From the IMG/VR virus record IMGVR_UViG_3300027714_000004, positions 32,001 to 96,000 of that record: DNA of 64,000 nt; one strand, written 5' to 3'. Position 1 is the first letter of the stretch, and every line of letters begins with the position of its first letter. This DNA is from a virus. Shown here piece by piece: positions 18,340 through 27,859 of this stretch. The position numbers and the translations under genes were made by a program. The notes under the pieces are model-generated. The model saw nothing but the letters and a program-made list of their open reading frames with translations. It ran no database searches and was not told the DNA's origin.

Positions 18340-19059
18340 ATGTTTGTACATGCTCCTGTGACCTTGACCGAAATGACTGCTGTTACTACTGACACTGGTC
18401 GTCAATACATGACACCCGAAGGTGTGAATCTACCTTCTATCACTACTGTTCTTTCTATTCTCTCTCGCGACTCCATTGCTAAATGGCGTGCTCGTGTCGG
18501 TGAGAAGGAAGCAAACCGCATCTCCTATCGCGCATCTACGCGTGGTACGTCAGTTCACGAAATCTGTGAGAAGTACGTAAACAACGATCCTGACTGGAAT
18601 AAGTACATGGCAATCAACCCTGATAATGGGGAAATGAAGATGACCAAACGTACTCCTGATTTAATCGATTCGTTCTTGAAGATGAAACCAATCCTTGACG
18701 AACGTTTGACTACTGTTTATGCTCAAGAAGCTCCACTGTACTCTACCCATCTGGGTGTTGCGGGTCGTGTGGATTGCGTTGGTATCTTCGATGGTAAGTT
18801 ATCTATCATTGACTACAAGACTGCTATGAAACCTAAACGTCTTGACTGGATCAAGAACTACTTCATGCAAGAGTCTGCATATGCGATCATGTGGGAAGAG
18901 CGTACAGGAATGCCTATCACTCAGTTGGTGACTATCATCTCTGTCGACAATCACGAACCTCAAGTATTTGTAGAACACCGTGATAACTGGGTGCGGCCAC
19001 TTCGTGATACTATTGCTCAATATAACGAAGAGAATTCCGCAAATTCATTTGACATATAA
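18340..19059 (+). CDS. PD-(D/E)xK exonuclease
   Basis: PSITTVL, RGTSVH, GRVD..IIDYKT, QESAYA. Confidence 0.85.
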   Translation: MFVHAPVTLTEMTAVTTDTGRQYMTPEGVNLPSITTVLSILSRDSIAKWRARVGEKEANRISYRASTRGTSVHEICEKYVNNDPDWNKYMAINPDNGEMKMTKRTPDLIDSFLKMKPILDERLTTVYAQEAPLYSTHLGVAGRVDCVGIFDGKLSIIDYKTAMKPKRLDWIKNYFMQESAYAIMWEERTGMPITQLVTIISVDNHEPQVFVEHRDNWVRPLRDTIAQYNEENSANSFDI

Positions 19060-19102
19060 ATAGTATTATAATATACTAACCGCATTGATTATGGGAAAAA
19101 TA

Positions 19103-20398
19103 ATGTTAAAATTTGCATCATATCTATCAGAAGCATCTCTAACCTTTGGTGAGATAACTCGTGAAGATAGAGAGTTTCGTCTGGAGTTGTTCTTGCGCAA
19201 ATACAAGAGCAACGAACCATTTGATCTGACTGACGGTGGACAAGTTATACTGAAGTATAATGCAGAGATTGAACGAGCGATGAAGTCAAGAGATTCTAAG
19301 CGTGCTACGGCAATTGGTTTAGAAACTATGGATGGTGACAAGATTTCTTTTGGTAAGCTTCTCAAGACTGGTGAGTTTGGTGGTGGTCGTGGTACTGGGG
19401 GTGGTTCTCTTAACACTCGTGCCACCGAGTCCGCGCAATGTGTCTATCTACAGGCAATTTGGGATAACCCCCAAACTAACTTCTCTCCTGATGAACTACG
19501 TACTGCATATACTAAAACCCATACGGACGCAACACTAGACGAAGTTCTATTGGGTGATGATGCGTGGATATCCTCCTCTATCAATGCAGCGAAAGTATTG
19601 CATAAGGTGTTGAAGAAGAAGCAATACTCTTTCCACCGTGGTTCTAATTGGGTTAGTATCCTTGATAATAAGTTTAAGGAAGTTAACAGAGAAGAGAAAC
19701 AGTTCTCTAATCTAAACAAATGGAATCCTTCTGACATATGGATGGTCGCAAAGGGTGCAGAGAACAAGTACGATATCGAAGGTGCTAAGACACTACAGTA
19801 CTTGAACAATGAGTTGCTCAAGGCATATGCCGCACGTGACATCATTGGAGTATCTCTGAAGAAGGTAGGTAAGAAGGCTAAACTCACTCAAGTGAATTAT
19901 AAGAAACCCTTTGCTTCCCCAAAATTCACCAAGGTGTCATACGGTAAGAGAGACTTCTTCAAGTCAAAAGATGGTTACCTAATGTACTCTGGTGGAGAAA
20001 TCCAGTTTAGAACATACCCAACATTCCAGTGTGAAATCATTGGTAGAGATGCAAAGCACGGTAAGCTGAGTCATGGCCCCATTGACGCTGCTTTATATGC
20101 GACCACTCGTAATATGACGGACAACCGAAAGAAACTAGAAACTATGATTAAGAGTGACCGAGATGGGTTCCTCAAAAAGTTCTATGGATTCTATGACGGT
20201 GCTGTTGACAAACCTGTGGACTATGATACATTTACCAAGAACCTAGAAGATAAGACCACCGAATGGTTGGTGTCAAAGTATTATGTGACATCAATATTTG
20301 TGATGGTTAAGGGAAGGGAACAACAGTTCTTGGAATATCTGTATAGAGGGGCAAAATCACAATCCAAACTTTCATCAGTTCATTTGAAAGTACAATAG
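19103..20398 (+). CDS. Putative restriction-endonuclease-fold protein with internal-protein-like N-terminus
   Basis: WNPSDIW...IIGVSLKK, N-terminus MLKFASYLSE, late promoter upstream. Confidence 0.55.
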   Translation: MLKFASYLSEASLTFGEITREDREFRLELFLRKYKSNEPFDLTDGGQVILKYNAEIERAMKSRDSKRATAIGLETMDGDKISFGKLLKTGEFGGGRGTGGGSLNTRATESAQCVYLQAIWDNPQTNFSPDELRTAYTKTHTDATLDEVLLGDDAWISSSINAAKVLHKVLKKKQYSFHRGSNWVSILDNKFKEVNREEKQFSNLNKWNPSDIWMVAKGAENKYDIEGAKTLQYLNNELLKAYAARDIIGVSLKKVGKKAKLTQVNYKKPFASPKFTKVSYGKRDFFKSKDGYLMYSGGEIQFRTYPTFQCEIIGRDAKHGKLSHGPIDAALYATTRNMTDNRKKLETMIKSDRDGFLKKFYGFYDGAVDKPVDYDTFTKNLEDKTTEWLVSKYYVTSIFVMVKGREQQFLEYLYRGAKSQSKLSSVHLKVQ

Positions 20399-20417
20399 AA
20401 TAGGAGTATAACATACA

Positions 20418-21776
20418 ATGGCACAATTTAGTGTAGAGAGACAACAGAGTTTATTCAACGCAGACCTTCACGAGGTCAACTTATTGGCACGATCTGACGG
20501 GTATCCTATCAAAGAAGATAATTACCTGCACGTTGGTGAATATACTTCGAAGAACCGAATTAAGGTATCTGGATACGAGACAGTATTTTTCAACACATTT
20601 CAGTACGGTAAAGAGTCTGATGTTTGGGATGAAGCGACTTCTGGGGATGCTGACGCAACCCATAACCTTAACTCAAACATGGTTGCCCTACGTGTTGGCG
20701 GAACTGCTGGCGCATCGGTCTTTAGACAAACTCGAAATGTACAGAGATATATTCCTGGCCGACAGTCGCAGTTAACCTTTGCAATAAGAATGGAAGCTCC
20801 TGTTACTGGTATTCGTCGAAGATTTGGTTTGTTTGAAGAAAATAATGGTTTCTTCTTCGAGGATGCTGGCGTTGAGGTCGAGGGGATTCCTCAGTACAAC
20901 GTAGTCATTCGTTCTAAAACAAGTGGTTCTGTTGTTGAAACGCGAGTACCTCGCGAGGCATGGAACGGAGATAAGTTAGATGGTACTGGCCAGAGTGGCA
21001 TCATTGCTGATTCTACTAAACAACAATTAATATCATTTGATTATGAGTGGTATGGAGCAGGCCAAGTTAGAGTTCTATGGAACATTGGTGGGAGAAATAT
21101 ACTTATTCACACCTTCAATCATTCTAATATACTACCTGACGTTTGGTGCTCTACCCCATTCTTACCCATTAGAATGGAACTTGAATGTATCTCTACGATT
21201 GGTGGTGATCATTATATGTATCAAGGGTCAAACAGTTTGGTCAGTGAAGGTGATGGTGGATACGGACATAAGATCGGTATCGCAGAGAATGTTAGTTCTC
21301 CGATCACAGGCACTACAACTAGTTCTGCAAGCATATGGTATCCTATACTAAGTATTAGATTAAAACCTAATGATTTAAAGGGTGTCGTATTACCAACATT
21401 TTTTCAAGTAGCAACCGCTGATAACACTAACTTGTTCTATAGAGTTGTTCGCAATGCGGTGATACCCACTGAGGTTGTTGCTGGACAAGATGGGCCGCAA
21501 CCTTGGTTAAATCAAAGAGACGCTGATGCTTTCACCCAGTATCAAACCTACATTTCTCCTGTGGCAATCGCTGATAATACCGATCAAGGGGTTTCTATTG
21601 ACTCAGGATTCATTACTGGTTCGGGGGGTGATCGAATTTCTGTAGATCCCAATACTCAGTATCAACTCGGTAGAACAGGAATGGGTACTGTAAGTGATAC
21701 ATATACCATACTATGCGCAACAACAGGCTCAAATAAATCTGTTCTCGCGGCAATGACGTGGATTGAACAGAGATAA
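20418..21776 (+). CDS. Beta-rich putative virion protein
   Basis: 452-aa ORF with RBS. RYIPG, DYEWYGAG, PFLPIRME. Confidence 0.55.
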   Translation: MAQFSVERQQSLFNADLHEVNLLARSDGYPIKEDNYLHVGEYTSKNRIKVSGYETVFFNTFQYGKESDVWDEATSGDADATHNLNSNMVALRVGGTAGASVFRQTRNVQRYIPGRQSQLTFAIRMEAPVTGIRRRFGLFEENNGFFFEDAGVEVEGIPQYNVVIRSKTSGSVVETRVPREAWNGDKLDGTGQSGIIADSTKQQLISFDYEWYGAGQVRVLWNIGGRNILIHTFNHSNILPDVWCSTPFLPIRMELECISTIGGDHYMYQGSNSLVSEGDGGYGHKIGIAENVSSPITGTTTSSASIWYPILSIRLKPNDLKGVVLPTFFQVATADNTNLFYRVVRNAVIPTEVVAGQDGPQPWLNQRDADAFTQYQTYISPVAIADNTDQGVSIDSGFITGSGGDRISVDPNTQYQLGRTGMGTVSDTYTILCATTGSNKSVLAAMTWIEQR

Positions 21777-21842
21777 AATAAAGGTTGCATAACCACTAAC
21801 AGTATGTTATAATAACATATTCCTTACTAGATGGATAACATA

Positions 21843-23063
21843 ATGGAAAACTTCGCAGATTTCATAACGGAGCAAAAGAATACGCATATGACTCACATTG
21901 AGGACAAAGTCCTGTACGGTGGAGTTGATGGTACGCGTCAGGCTATTAATGCTCTGCGAAGTCTGCGAGATATGTTGTCCGGTAGTTCAAAGGGAAGCGT
22001 CTCAGTAAAGTGGGACGGTGCTCCTGCAATCTTTTGTGGCACCGACCCAAGTGACGGTAAGTTCTTTGTTGCTAAGAAAGGTATCTTCAATAAGAACCCA
22101 AAGGTCTATAAGACTAATGCAGACATCGACGATGATACGTCAGGTGACCTAAATGCAAAGTTAAAGGAAGCATTACTATATCTTCCTGAGTTGGGAATCA
22201 AGGGTGTAATTCAGGGAGACTTCCTGTTCGGTAAAGGAGATGTGTCCACTAAGAACATCGACGGACAGAAGTATACCGTGTTCCACCCAAACACTATTGC
22301 GTATGCAGTGCCGTACGACCAATCTAAAGAAGTGCGCGATGCTAAGATCGGTATCGTGTGGCACACTACCTATAAAGGTAAAGACTTTGAGTCAATGTCT
22401 GCTTCATATGGAGTGGATGTTTCTAAACTAAAGAAGTCTAGAAACGTATGGTCTCAGGACGCGATGTTGCGAGACGCGACTAAAGCAACAATGTCGGAAA
22501 AGGATACCAAAGAAGTCAATGGTCTGTTGACTCAGATAGGGTTGTTGTTCAAACAAACCTCTTCCACAACTCTACGTGCACTAGAGAGCAATCCCAAACT
22601 AGCGCAATCTATAGAGACATACAACAATTCCTTTGTTCGTGCGGGTGCATTACTTCCGGACTCAAAAAGGCATGTTAGCGGATTGATAAGTAATAGACAA
22701 GCTTACTACAAGAAAGAGATAGACAGTAAGAAGTCTGAACGTGGTAAAGAGACGTGGAAACAGAAATATGCCGATGAAATGGAGTTTTTCTCTCCTTCTA
22801 ACCGTGCTAATCTAGTTAAAATGTTCGAATTGCAAAAATTAATAGTTTTGGTTAAATTAAAACTTATAAATAGTTTAGACAAATTAAAGTTGATTGACAC
22901 TTTCGTGAAAACTTCTAAAGGTTATAAAGTGACTGGTGAAGAAGGTTATGTAGCAATTGACACACTTGGTGGTGACGCGGTGAAATTGGTTGACCGTATG
23001 GAATTTTCATACAACAACTTTTCGTCCGATATATTAAAGGGCTGGGACTCAGCTCGAAGATAA
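21843..23063 (+). CDS. Ligase/nucleotidyltransferase-fold protein with internal-protein-like N-terminus
   Basis: SVKWDG (KxDG), IQGDFL, EEGYV, VKLV follow the order of ligase motifs I, III, IV, V. N-terminus MENFADFITE. Confidence 0.6.
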   Translation: MENFADFITEQKNTHMTHIEDKVLYGGVDGTRQAINALRSLRDMLSGSSKGSVSVKWDGAPAIFCGTDPSDGKFFVAKKGIFNKNPKVYKTNADIDDDTSGDLNAKLKEALLYLPELGIKGVIQGDFLFGKGDVSTKNIDGQKYTVFHPNTIAYAVPYDQSKEVRDAKIGIVWHTTYKGKDFESMSASYGVDVSKLKKSRNVWSQDAMLRDATKATMSEKDTKEVNGLLTQIGLLFKQTSSTTLRALESNPKLAQSIETYNNSFVRAGALLPDSKRHVSGLISNRQAYYKKEIDSKKSERGKETWKQKYADEMEFFSPSNRANLVKMFELQKLIVLVKLKLINSLDKLKLIDTFVKTSKGYKVTGEEGYVAIDTLGGDAVKLVDRMEFSYNNFSSDILKGWDSARR

Positions 23064-23096
23064 TAATGGGATAAACCAACAGAAGGATTATATGAC

Positions 23097-23468
23097 ATGT
23101 TGTCATTTAAAGATCTAGTAACGGAAGTACTCGACGTACAACAACGTCGAAAACTTGCGATGCGAATGAAAAGAAACAAATCTAGAATAGCAATTGCGCG
23201 TAAACGTTCTGAAAAGAAGATTGCTAACATGGACACGTTAAAGAAACGTGCACGTCGACAAGCACGTAGCGCAGTAATATCCAAACTCACTAAAGGTAAA
23301 GACAAGGGAGAGATGTCGATAGCTCGTAAGAAAGATATCGAGAAGAGACTAGAACGCCCTGCTTTACAATCCCGTATCGACCGACAAGCTAAGAAACTTG
23401 TGAAGGTAGTTCGTAAGCAAGAAATCGAACGCAAAAGAAACAGGTCTAGAGGCGGTGATAACAAGTGA
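23097..23468 (+). CDS. Highly basic putative internal head protein
   Basis: MLSFKDLVTE followed by an Arg/Lys-rich body. Confidence 0.7.
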   Translation: MLSFKDLVTEVLDVQQRRKLAMRMKRNKSRIAIARKRSEKKIANMDTLKKRARRQARSAVISKLTKGKDKGEMSIARKKDIEKRLERPALQSRIDRQAKKLVKVVRKQEIERKRNRSRGGDNK

Positions 23469-25138
23469 TTAAGAATTTTAGTCAATATCTTATCGAAGAA
23501 GAACGCGAAGTCTACTTCACGTTTGGTCGTATGAATCCTCCTACGATTGGTCATGGTAAGGTAATGGATATGTTAGCGAAGAAGTCTGGGAAGTCAGACT
23601 ATAAAGTATTTGTGTCTCAGTCACAGGACGCGAAGAAGAACCCGTTATCATACTCCGATAAAATCAAGCACACAAGAAAGATGTTTCCGAAACATGCACG
23701 GAATATCATGGTGGATAAGTCTGTTAAAACAGCTATCAACGCCATGGTCGCATTACACGATCAAGGTTACCAATCAGTAACTATGGTTGTGGGTGACGAC
23801 AGAATTACAGAATTCGATGTACTATTAAAGAAATACAATGGTGCACAGGCCAGACATGGTTTTTATAACTTCAAGAGCATTAAAGTAGTATCTGCCGGTA
23901 AGAGAGATCCAGATTCTGCTGGTATTGAAGGTATGTCCGCATCCAAACAAAGAGAGAACGCGTCTAATAACGATTTCGTTTCTTTCTCCCAAGGTGTTCC
24001 TAAGACAATGTCAAATCCTGACACACGTAAGTTGTTTAATGACGTGCGTAAGGGTATGGGTCTGAAGGAAGCCAGTGAATTCCGTAATCACCTAGAACTA
24101 GAGATAGTATCTGAAACACGAGAGAAATTCGTGCAAGGAGAATTGTTCGAGGTAGGCGATATAGTAGTAATCAAAGAAAGTGAAGAGGTTGCTACTATAT
24201 CCGTCCTAGGTGCAAACTATGTCATCGTTGAAACTAACGATGGTAAGAAGATGCGTAAATGGTTAGAGTCTGTAGAGTTAATCTCCGAAGACGTGACCCA
24301 GAAGCAACTTAATGATCTAGAGAAGTTCGGTGACCGTCTATTGAAGAAGTTCAATATCGACATCGAGTTTACTCGACACTTCGCAGACCGTATGAATGAT
24401 ACCCGTAATAGTCCTGCTATTAAGGTAACGGAACTTCAACGTCTGTTTAAGAAGATTGCAAAGAACAAGGGCAAAGGCATAAAACAGCATGGGGATGCTG
24501 AGGCAGTACTGAAAGATATGCAGTCAGACCTAAATCTACCTGTCGTTGTAAACTATAAGGACGGTGAGTTCGAAATGGTTAACAAGACTATTATGCGTAA
24601 GAAGGGATTCAAGACTAGCAGTCCAGTCATCCAGTATGAAGGACAAGACCCTGATATCAAAGACCGCGAAGGTACTCAACCAGCACGTTATCACAAAGGA
24701 CTTGCGAAGTCCACCAAGGCAAAACGTGATGCGCACTTCAAAGCAAAGAAAGATGGCCCTGCGCCAGGCGATGCTAACGCAAAGACCAAACCTTCCAAGT
24801 ATACTAAATCCTTTAAGGACATGTATGACGAAGATTGTTGGGACGGTTACAAGCAAGTCGGTGTGAAAAAGAAAGGTGGTAAGACCGTACCGGATTGTGT
24901 TGCAGAAGAGAATAGTCAAGGTATTAACGAAGGGTTCATGGACACAGTAAAGTCTAAGACCATCAATAAAAAACAATACCAACATGCGTTGATGACTTTG
25001 AAGAATCTTCTGACTCGTAAGAGTGATGAGAATAACCTGACTCATAGTACAGAGTATTATGCACAGAAGGTCGCCAAAACATATTCGGGTATGGACACTA
25101 AAGTACTGCACCGTATGTTAGGGAATTGGAAACCATGA
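23465..25138 (+). CDS. HIGH-class (cytidylyltransferase-like) nucleotidyltransferase with appended domains
   Basis: FGRMNPPTIGH, VVGDDR, GMSASK. N-terminus MIKNFSQYLIE. Confidence 0.85.
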   Translation: MIKNFSQYLIEEEREVYFTFGRMNPPTIGHGKVMDMLAKKSGKSDYKVFVSQSQDAKKNPLSYSDKIKHTRKMFPKHARNIMVDKSVKTAINAMVALHDQGYQSVTMVVGDDRITEFDVLLKKYNGAQARHGFYNFKSIKVVSAGKRDPDSAGIEGMSASKQRENASNNDFVSFSQGVPKTMSNPDTRKLFNDVRKGMGLKEASEFRNHLELEIVSETREKFVQGELFEVGDIVVIKESEEVATISVLGANYVIVETNDGKKMRKWLESVELISEDVTQKQLNDLEKFGDRLLKKFNIDIEFTRHFADRMNDTRNSPAIKVTELQRLFKKIAKNKGKGIKQHGDAEAVLKDMQSDLNLPVVVNYKDGEFEMVNKTIMRKKGFKTSSPVIQYEGQDPDIKDREGTQPARYHKGLAKSTKAKRDAHFKAKKDGPAPGDANAKTKPSKYTKSFKDMYDEDCWDGYKQVGVKKKGGKTVPDCVAEENSQGINEGFMDTVKSKTINKKQYQHALMTLKNLLTRKSDENNLTHSTEYYAQKVAKTYSGMDTKVLHRMLGNWKP

Positions 25139-25407
25139 TTAATTTTAAGAAATACCTTGACGAGGGACGTTATTCAGTGTATGATACGCTTGAACTGGAC
25201 GAAGGCCCAGACGGTATTGCAGGAAAAGCAAAGAAGTCCGGTATCTCTTCGGAGGTATTGCAGAAAGTTTATAACCGTGGAGTTGCAGCATGGAAGACGG
25301 GTCACAGGCCCGGCACAACACCCCAGCAGTGGGGTCATGCACGAGTGAATGCCTTTATCGTTAAAAAGAAAAAGGGTGGTCTCAACCACGACAAAGATCT
25401 AGCATAA
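25135..25407 (+). CDS. Putative internal head protein
   Basis: MINFKKYLDE, VYNRGVAAW..QWGHARVNAF. Confidence 0.7.
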   Translation: MINFKKYLDEGRYSVYDTLELDEGPDGIAGKAKKSGISSEVLQKVYNRGVAAWKTGHRPGTTPQQWGHARVNAFIVKKKKGGLNHDKDLA

Positions 25408-25473
25408 GATCGCTAAATATTAATACTATTAACCGAGCACCTACTAAGGTGTTTCGCATCTAGAGGAAGTTAA

Positions 25474-26730
25474 GTGAAAAGTTTTAAAGATATACGACTA
25501 TCAGAATCTGTTGACCTAGACGAAGCCAAAGATAAAGACAACGACTATCGTAGAGTGTCTAAGGCTATAACCCAGACCCCTAAACATAAACGAGACAAGA
25601 AAGCAACCGATGCAACCCCTGCCAAGACAGACGCGAAAGCAGTTGCTCGACGCAAAGCGATTGAGAAGCACCAAGCACGATCGAAAGCGAAGAAAGATGA
25701 CTACTCATATGAGTCGGTTGAAGAAGACGCCTCTGGAATGACTGCTGCTCAGAAGAAGAAGTTCGATACCCTCTATAAAAAAATGGATGGTGGTAAAGAA
25801 CACAGGGCAATCAGACAAAAGATTCATAACCCAATCAAAGCAGACGATGCATTTCATGGTCTAGTCAAGAAGATGGCGATGGAATCTATTGACGAGAGTG
25901 CCAAAGGTCTGGTAGGTGGATTCACCGTAGAGATACCAAAGCAAACTATCTCTGGTAAAACAATCGGTGGTGGTAAAGGCGGAATCTTTGTTAAGGCGAA
26001 GACTGCTCGTCAAGCAATCAGCATGGCGGCAAAACGTCTGGGTGTTGATTTCATGATGCTTAAAGTCGGTAAGGTAGTTAAAGAAGGTGTCGAATCATTT
26101 TCTGAGTCGGTAAACCTTGAAGAAGGAAAAATGAAAGAGTTTCATGACTATATCGATCAAGGTAAATCTGCACAGTGGATTGCTAAGAAGATGGGTCTGG
26201 ACATGAAGACGGTAAAAGAATTGATGGCAGACATGAAAGAGTCTGTCGAACTTGACGAAGCATACCAACAATTCTTGGATAAGGCTCCTAACTGGGGTGA
26301 AGACAAGGCAATCTCTTATGGACGCAAGAAGGGTTACAAAGAGATTGGGGTATGTGGCCACGGTAATATAGATGGTATTGTATTGTTCGGTATGGATGCC
26401 GGTGACAAATCATATGTCGGTAAGGAAGCAAAGGTTAAGACTGGTCAAACAGTATTCCGTTATGCTACTAGACGTACTGTCGCAGGCGATATATTCCCTC
26501 TAGTTAAGATTGATGTTAAGAGAGGTATTCTATATAACCTGTCTCAGAAGTCTAGTGAAGGGGAGATTGAACACGCAGAGTTTGAGACTAAGGGAGTCAA
26601 GTTACGTTATCTTCGTCTTCTCGCTAGTGCTAACCTCCGAGACATTACTGGGTTCGATCCTGGCTTTGGTTCAATGAAAGAGTCTACTGCACTTAAAACT
26701 CTTAGCGATATCCGAGAAGCAAGATCTTAA
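25474..26730 (+). CDS. Modular putative internal head protein
   Basis: MKSFKDIRLSE, repeated ESVxLxE-type linkers. Confidence 0.7.
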   Translation: MKSFKDIRLSESVDLDEAKDKDNDYRRVSKAITQTPKHKRDKKATDATPAKTDAKAVARRKAIEKHQARSKAKKDDYSYESVEEDASGMTAAQKKKFDTLYKKMDGGKEHRAIRQKIHNPIKADDAFHGLVKKMAMESIDESAKGLVGGFTVEIPKQTISGKTIGGGKGGIFVKAKTARQAISMAAKRLGVDFMMLKVGKVVKEGVESFSESVNLEEGKMKEFHDYIDQGKSAQWIAKKMGLDMKTVKELMADMKESVELDEAYQQFLDKAPNWGEDKAISYGRKKGYKEIGVCGHGNIDGIVLFGMDAGDKSYVGKEAKVKTGQTVFRYATRRTVAGDIFPLVKIDVKRGILYNLSQKSSEGEIEHAEFETKGVKLRYLRLLASANLRDITGFDPGFGSMKESTALKTLSDIREARS

Positions 26731-27407
26731 TGAGAAGTTTTCGTTCTTTTATAACAGACAGTGTTGATGCCGAGAAAGAATATGGTGCGTCATTTGTCGC
26801 GTCTGCCAAGTCAGTTGGTGTGCAACGTAAGTTGACCAAAGAACTTGGTGTTAAACTCAAAGAGGTAGAGAAGTCTTTGGGTCATGGTGGTGGCGGTAAT
26901 GGACTTACGCCGGACAATGTGAAGTCGAACCCTAAGTGGAAAGCGGCAAAGAAAGCATTGGATGTCGCATTTAAGAAAGAACAACAAATGAACCAAGCGA
27001 TGTCAAAGGCGTTTGGTAAGCAGATGAAAGACTTCCGCAACAAAGATCGTAGAGGGTATATGTCTTTGTTTATCGGAGAGTCTACAGAAGTTTGTTGTGA
27101 AGACTGCGTAGAAGAACTCATCGTTGAAGACGGTGTATTCATCAACGAAGATGGTAAGAAAGATAACGTGAAACTTAACAATCCTACCCGTGGTGGTAGT
27201 AAGAAGTTTTACGTATATGTAAAGAACGAGAAAGGCAACGTGGTTAAGGTTTCTTTCGGAGATCCCAATATGGAGATCAAAAGAGATGATCCTGCACGTC
27301 GAAAGAGTTTCAGGGCAAGGCACAACTGTGCAGACCCTGGCCCGAAGTGGAAGGCACGGTACTGGTCATGTTATCAATGGCGAGCCGGTGCTAAAGTAGA
27401 TAATTGA
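26730..27407 (+). CDS. Putative internal head protein
   Basis: MRSFRSFITD, KVSFGD..RRKSFRARHNC..ARYWSC. Confidence 0.7.
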   Translation: MRSFRSFITDSVDAEKEYGASFVASAKSVGVQRKLTKELGVKLKEVEKSLGHGGGGNGLTPDNVKSNPKWKAAKKALDVAFKKEQQMNQAMSKAFGKQMKDFRNKDRRGYMSLFIGESTEVCCEDCVEELIVEDGVFINEDGKKDNVKLNNPTRGGSKKFYVYVKNEKGNVVKVSFGDPNMEIKRDDPARRKSFRARHNCADPGPKWKARYWSCYQWRAGAKVDN

Positions 27408-27412
27408 TAGAT

Positions 27413-27420
27413 TATAAATA
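27413..27420 (+). promoter_or_regulatory. T4-type late promoter
   Basis: Intergenic TATAAATA. Confidence 0.7.
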
Positions 27421-27533
27421 CACAAGTAACTTTTAACTAATAAGTCAACTAATATTATATTACTAATTATATCACTATATTAATAATTATATCAAGTAGG
27501 ACTTATATCATTCACACAATGGGCTGATCGAAA

Positions 27534-27842
27534 ATGGCAGATAATAACATATTACAAGACCATGTACAACGTGAAGAGTCTCGACTCGCAAGAATCGAAG
27601 ATAAGATTGACAAACTCTCGGATGCAATGATTGACCTTGCACGAGCAGAAGAAAAACTTATCAATATAGAGAAAGCAAACTCACAACATTTTGAACGAAT
27701 GAACCGTTTCTCCATGCGAATGGATGATATGGAAGATTCACTTCAAGAACAAGGAAAGACCGTTAAAGTTATGCAGTATATCATTACTCTAACTACTACG
27801 ATCTTTGCTGGTATAGTCGTCAAAGTTTTCTTTGACGCATAA
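27534..27842 (+). CDS. Coiled-coil protein with C-terminal TM helix
   Basis: Heptad pattern, hydrophobic C-terminus. Confidence 0.7.
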   Translation: MADNNILQDHVQREESRLARIEDKIDKLSDAMIDLARAEEKLINIEKANSQHFERMNRFSMRMDDMEDSLQEQGKTVKVMQYIITLTTTIFAGIVVKVFFDA

Positions 27843-27859
27843 TATATTTAACGGAGACT

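Noticed and set aside
18340-19059. Exonuclease as CRISPR-associated Cas4
   Set aside because: No Fe-S cysteine cluster pattern, cas genes or array. It is an ordinary phage PD-(D/E)xK nuclease.
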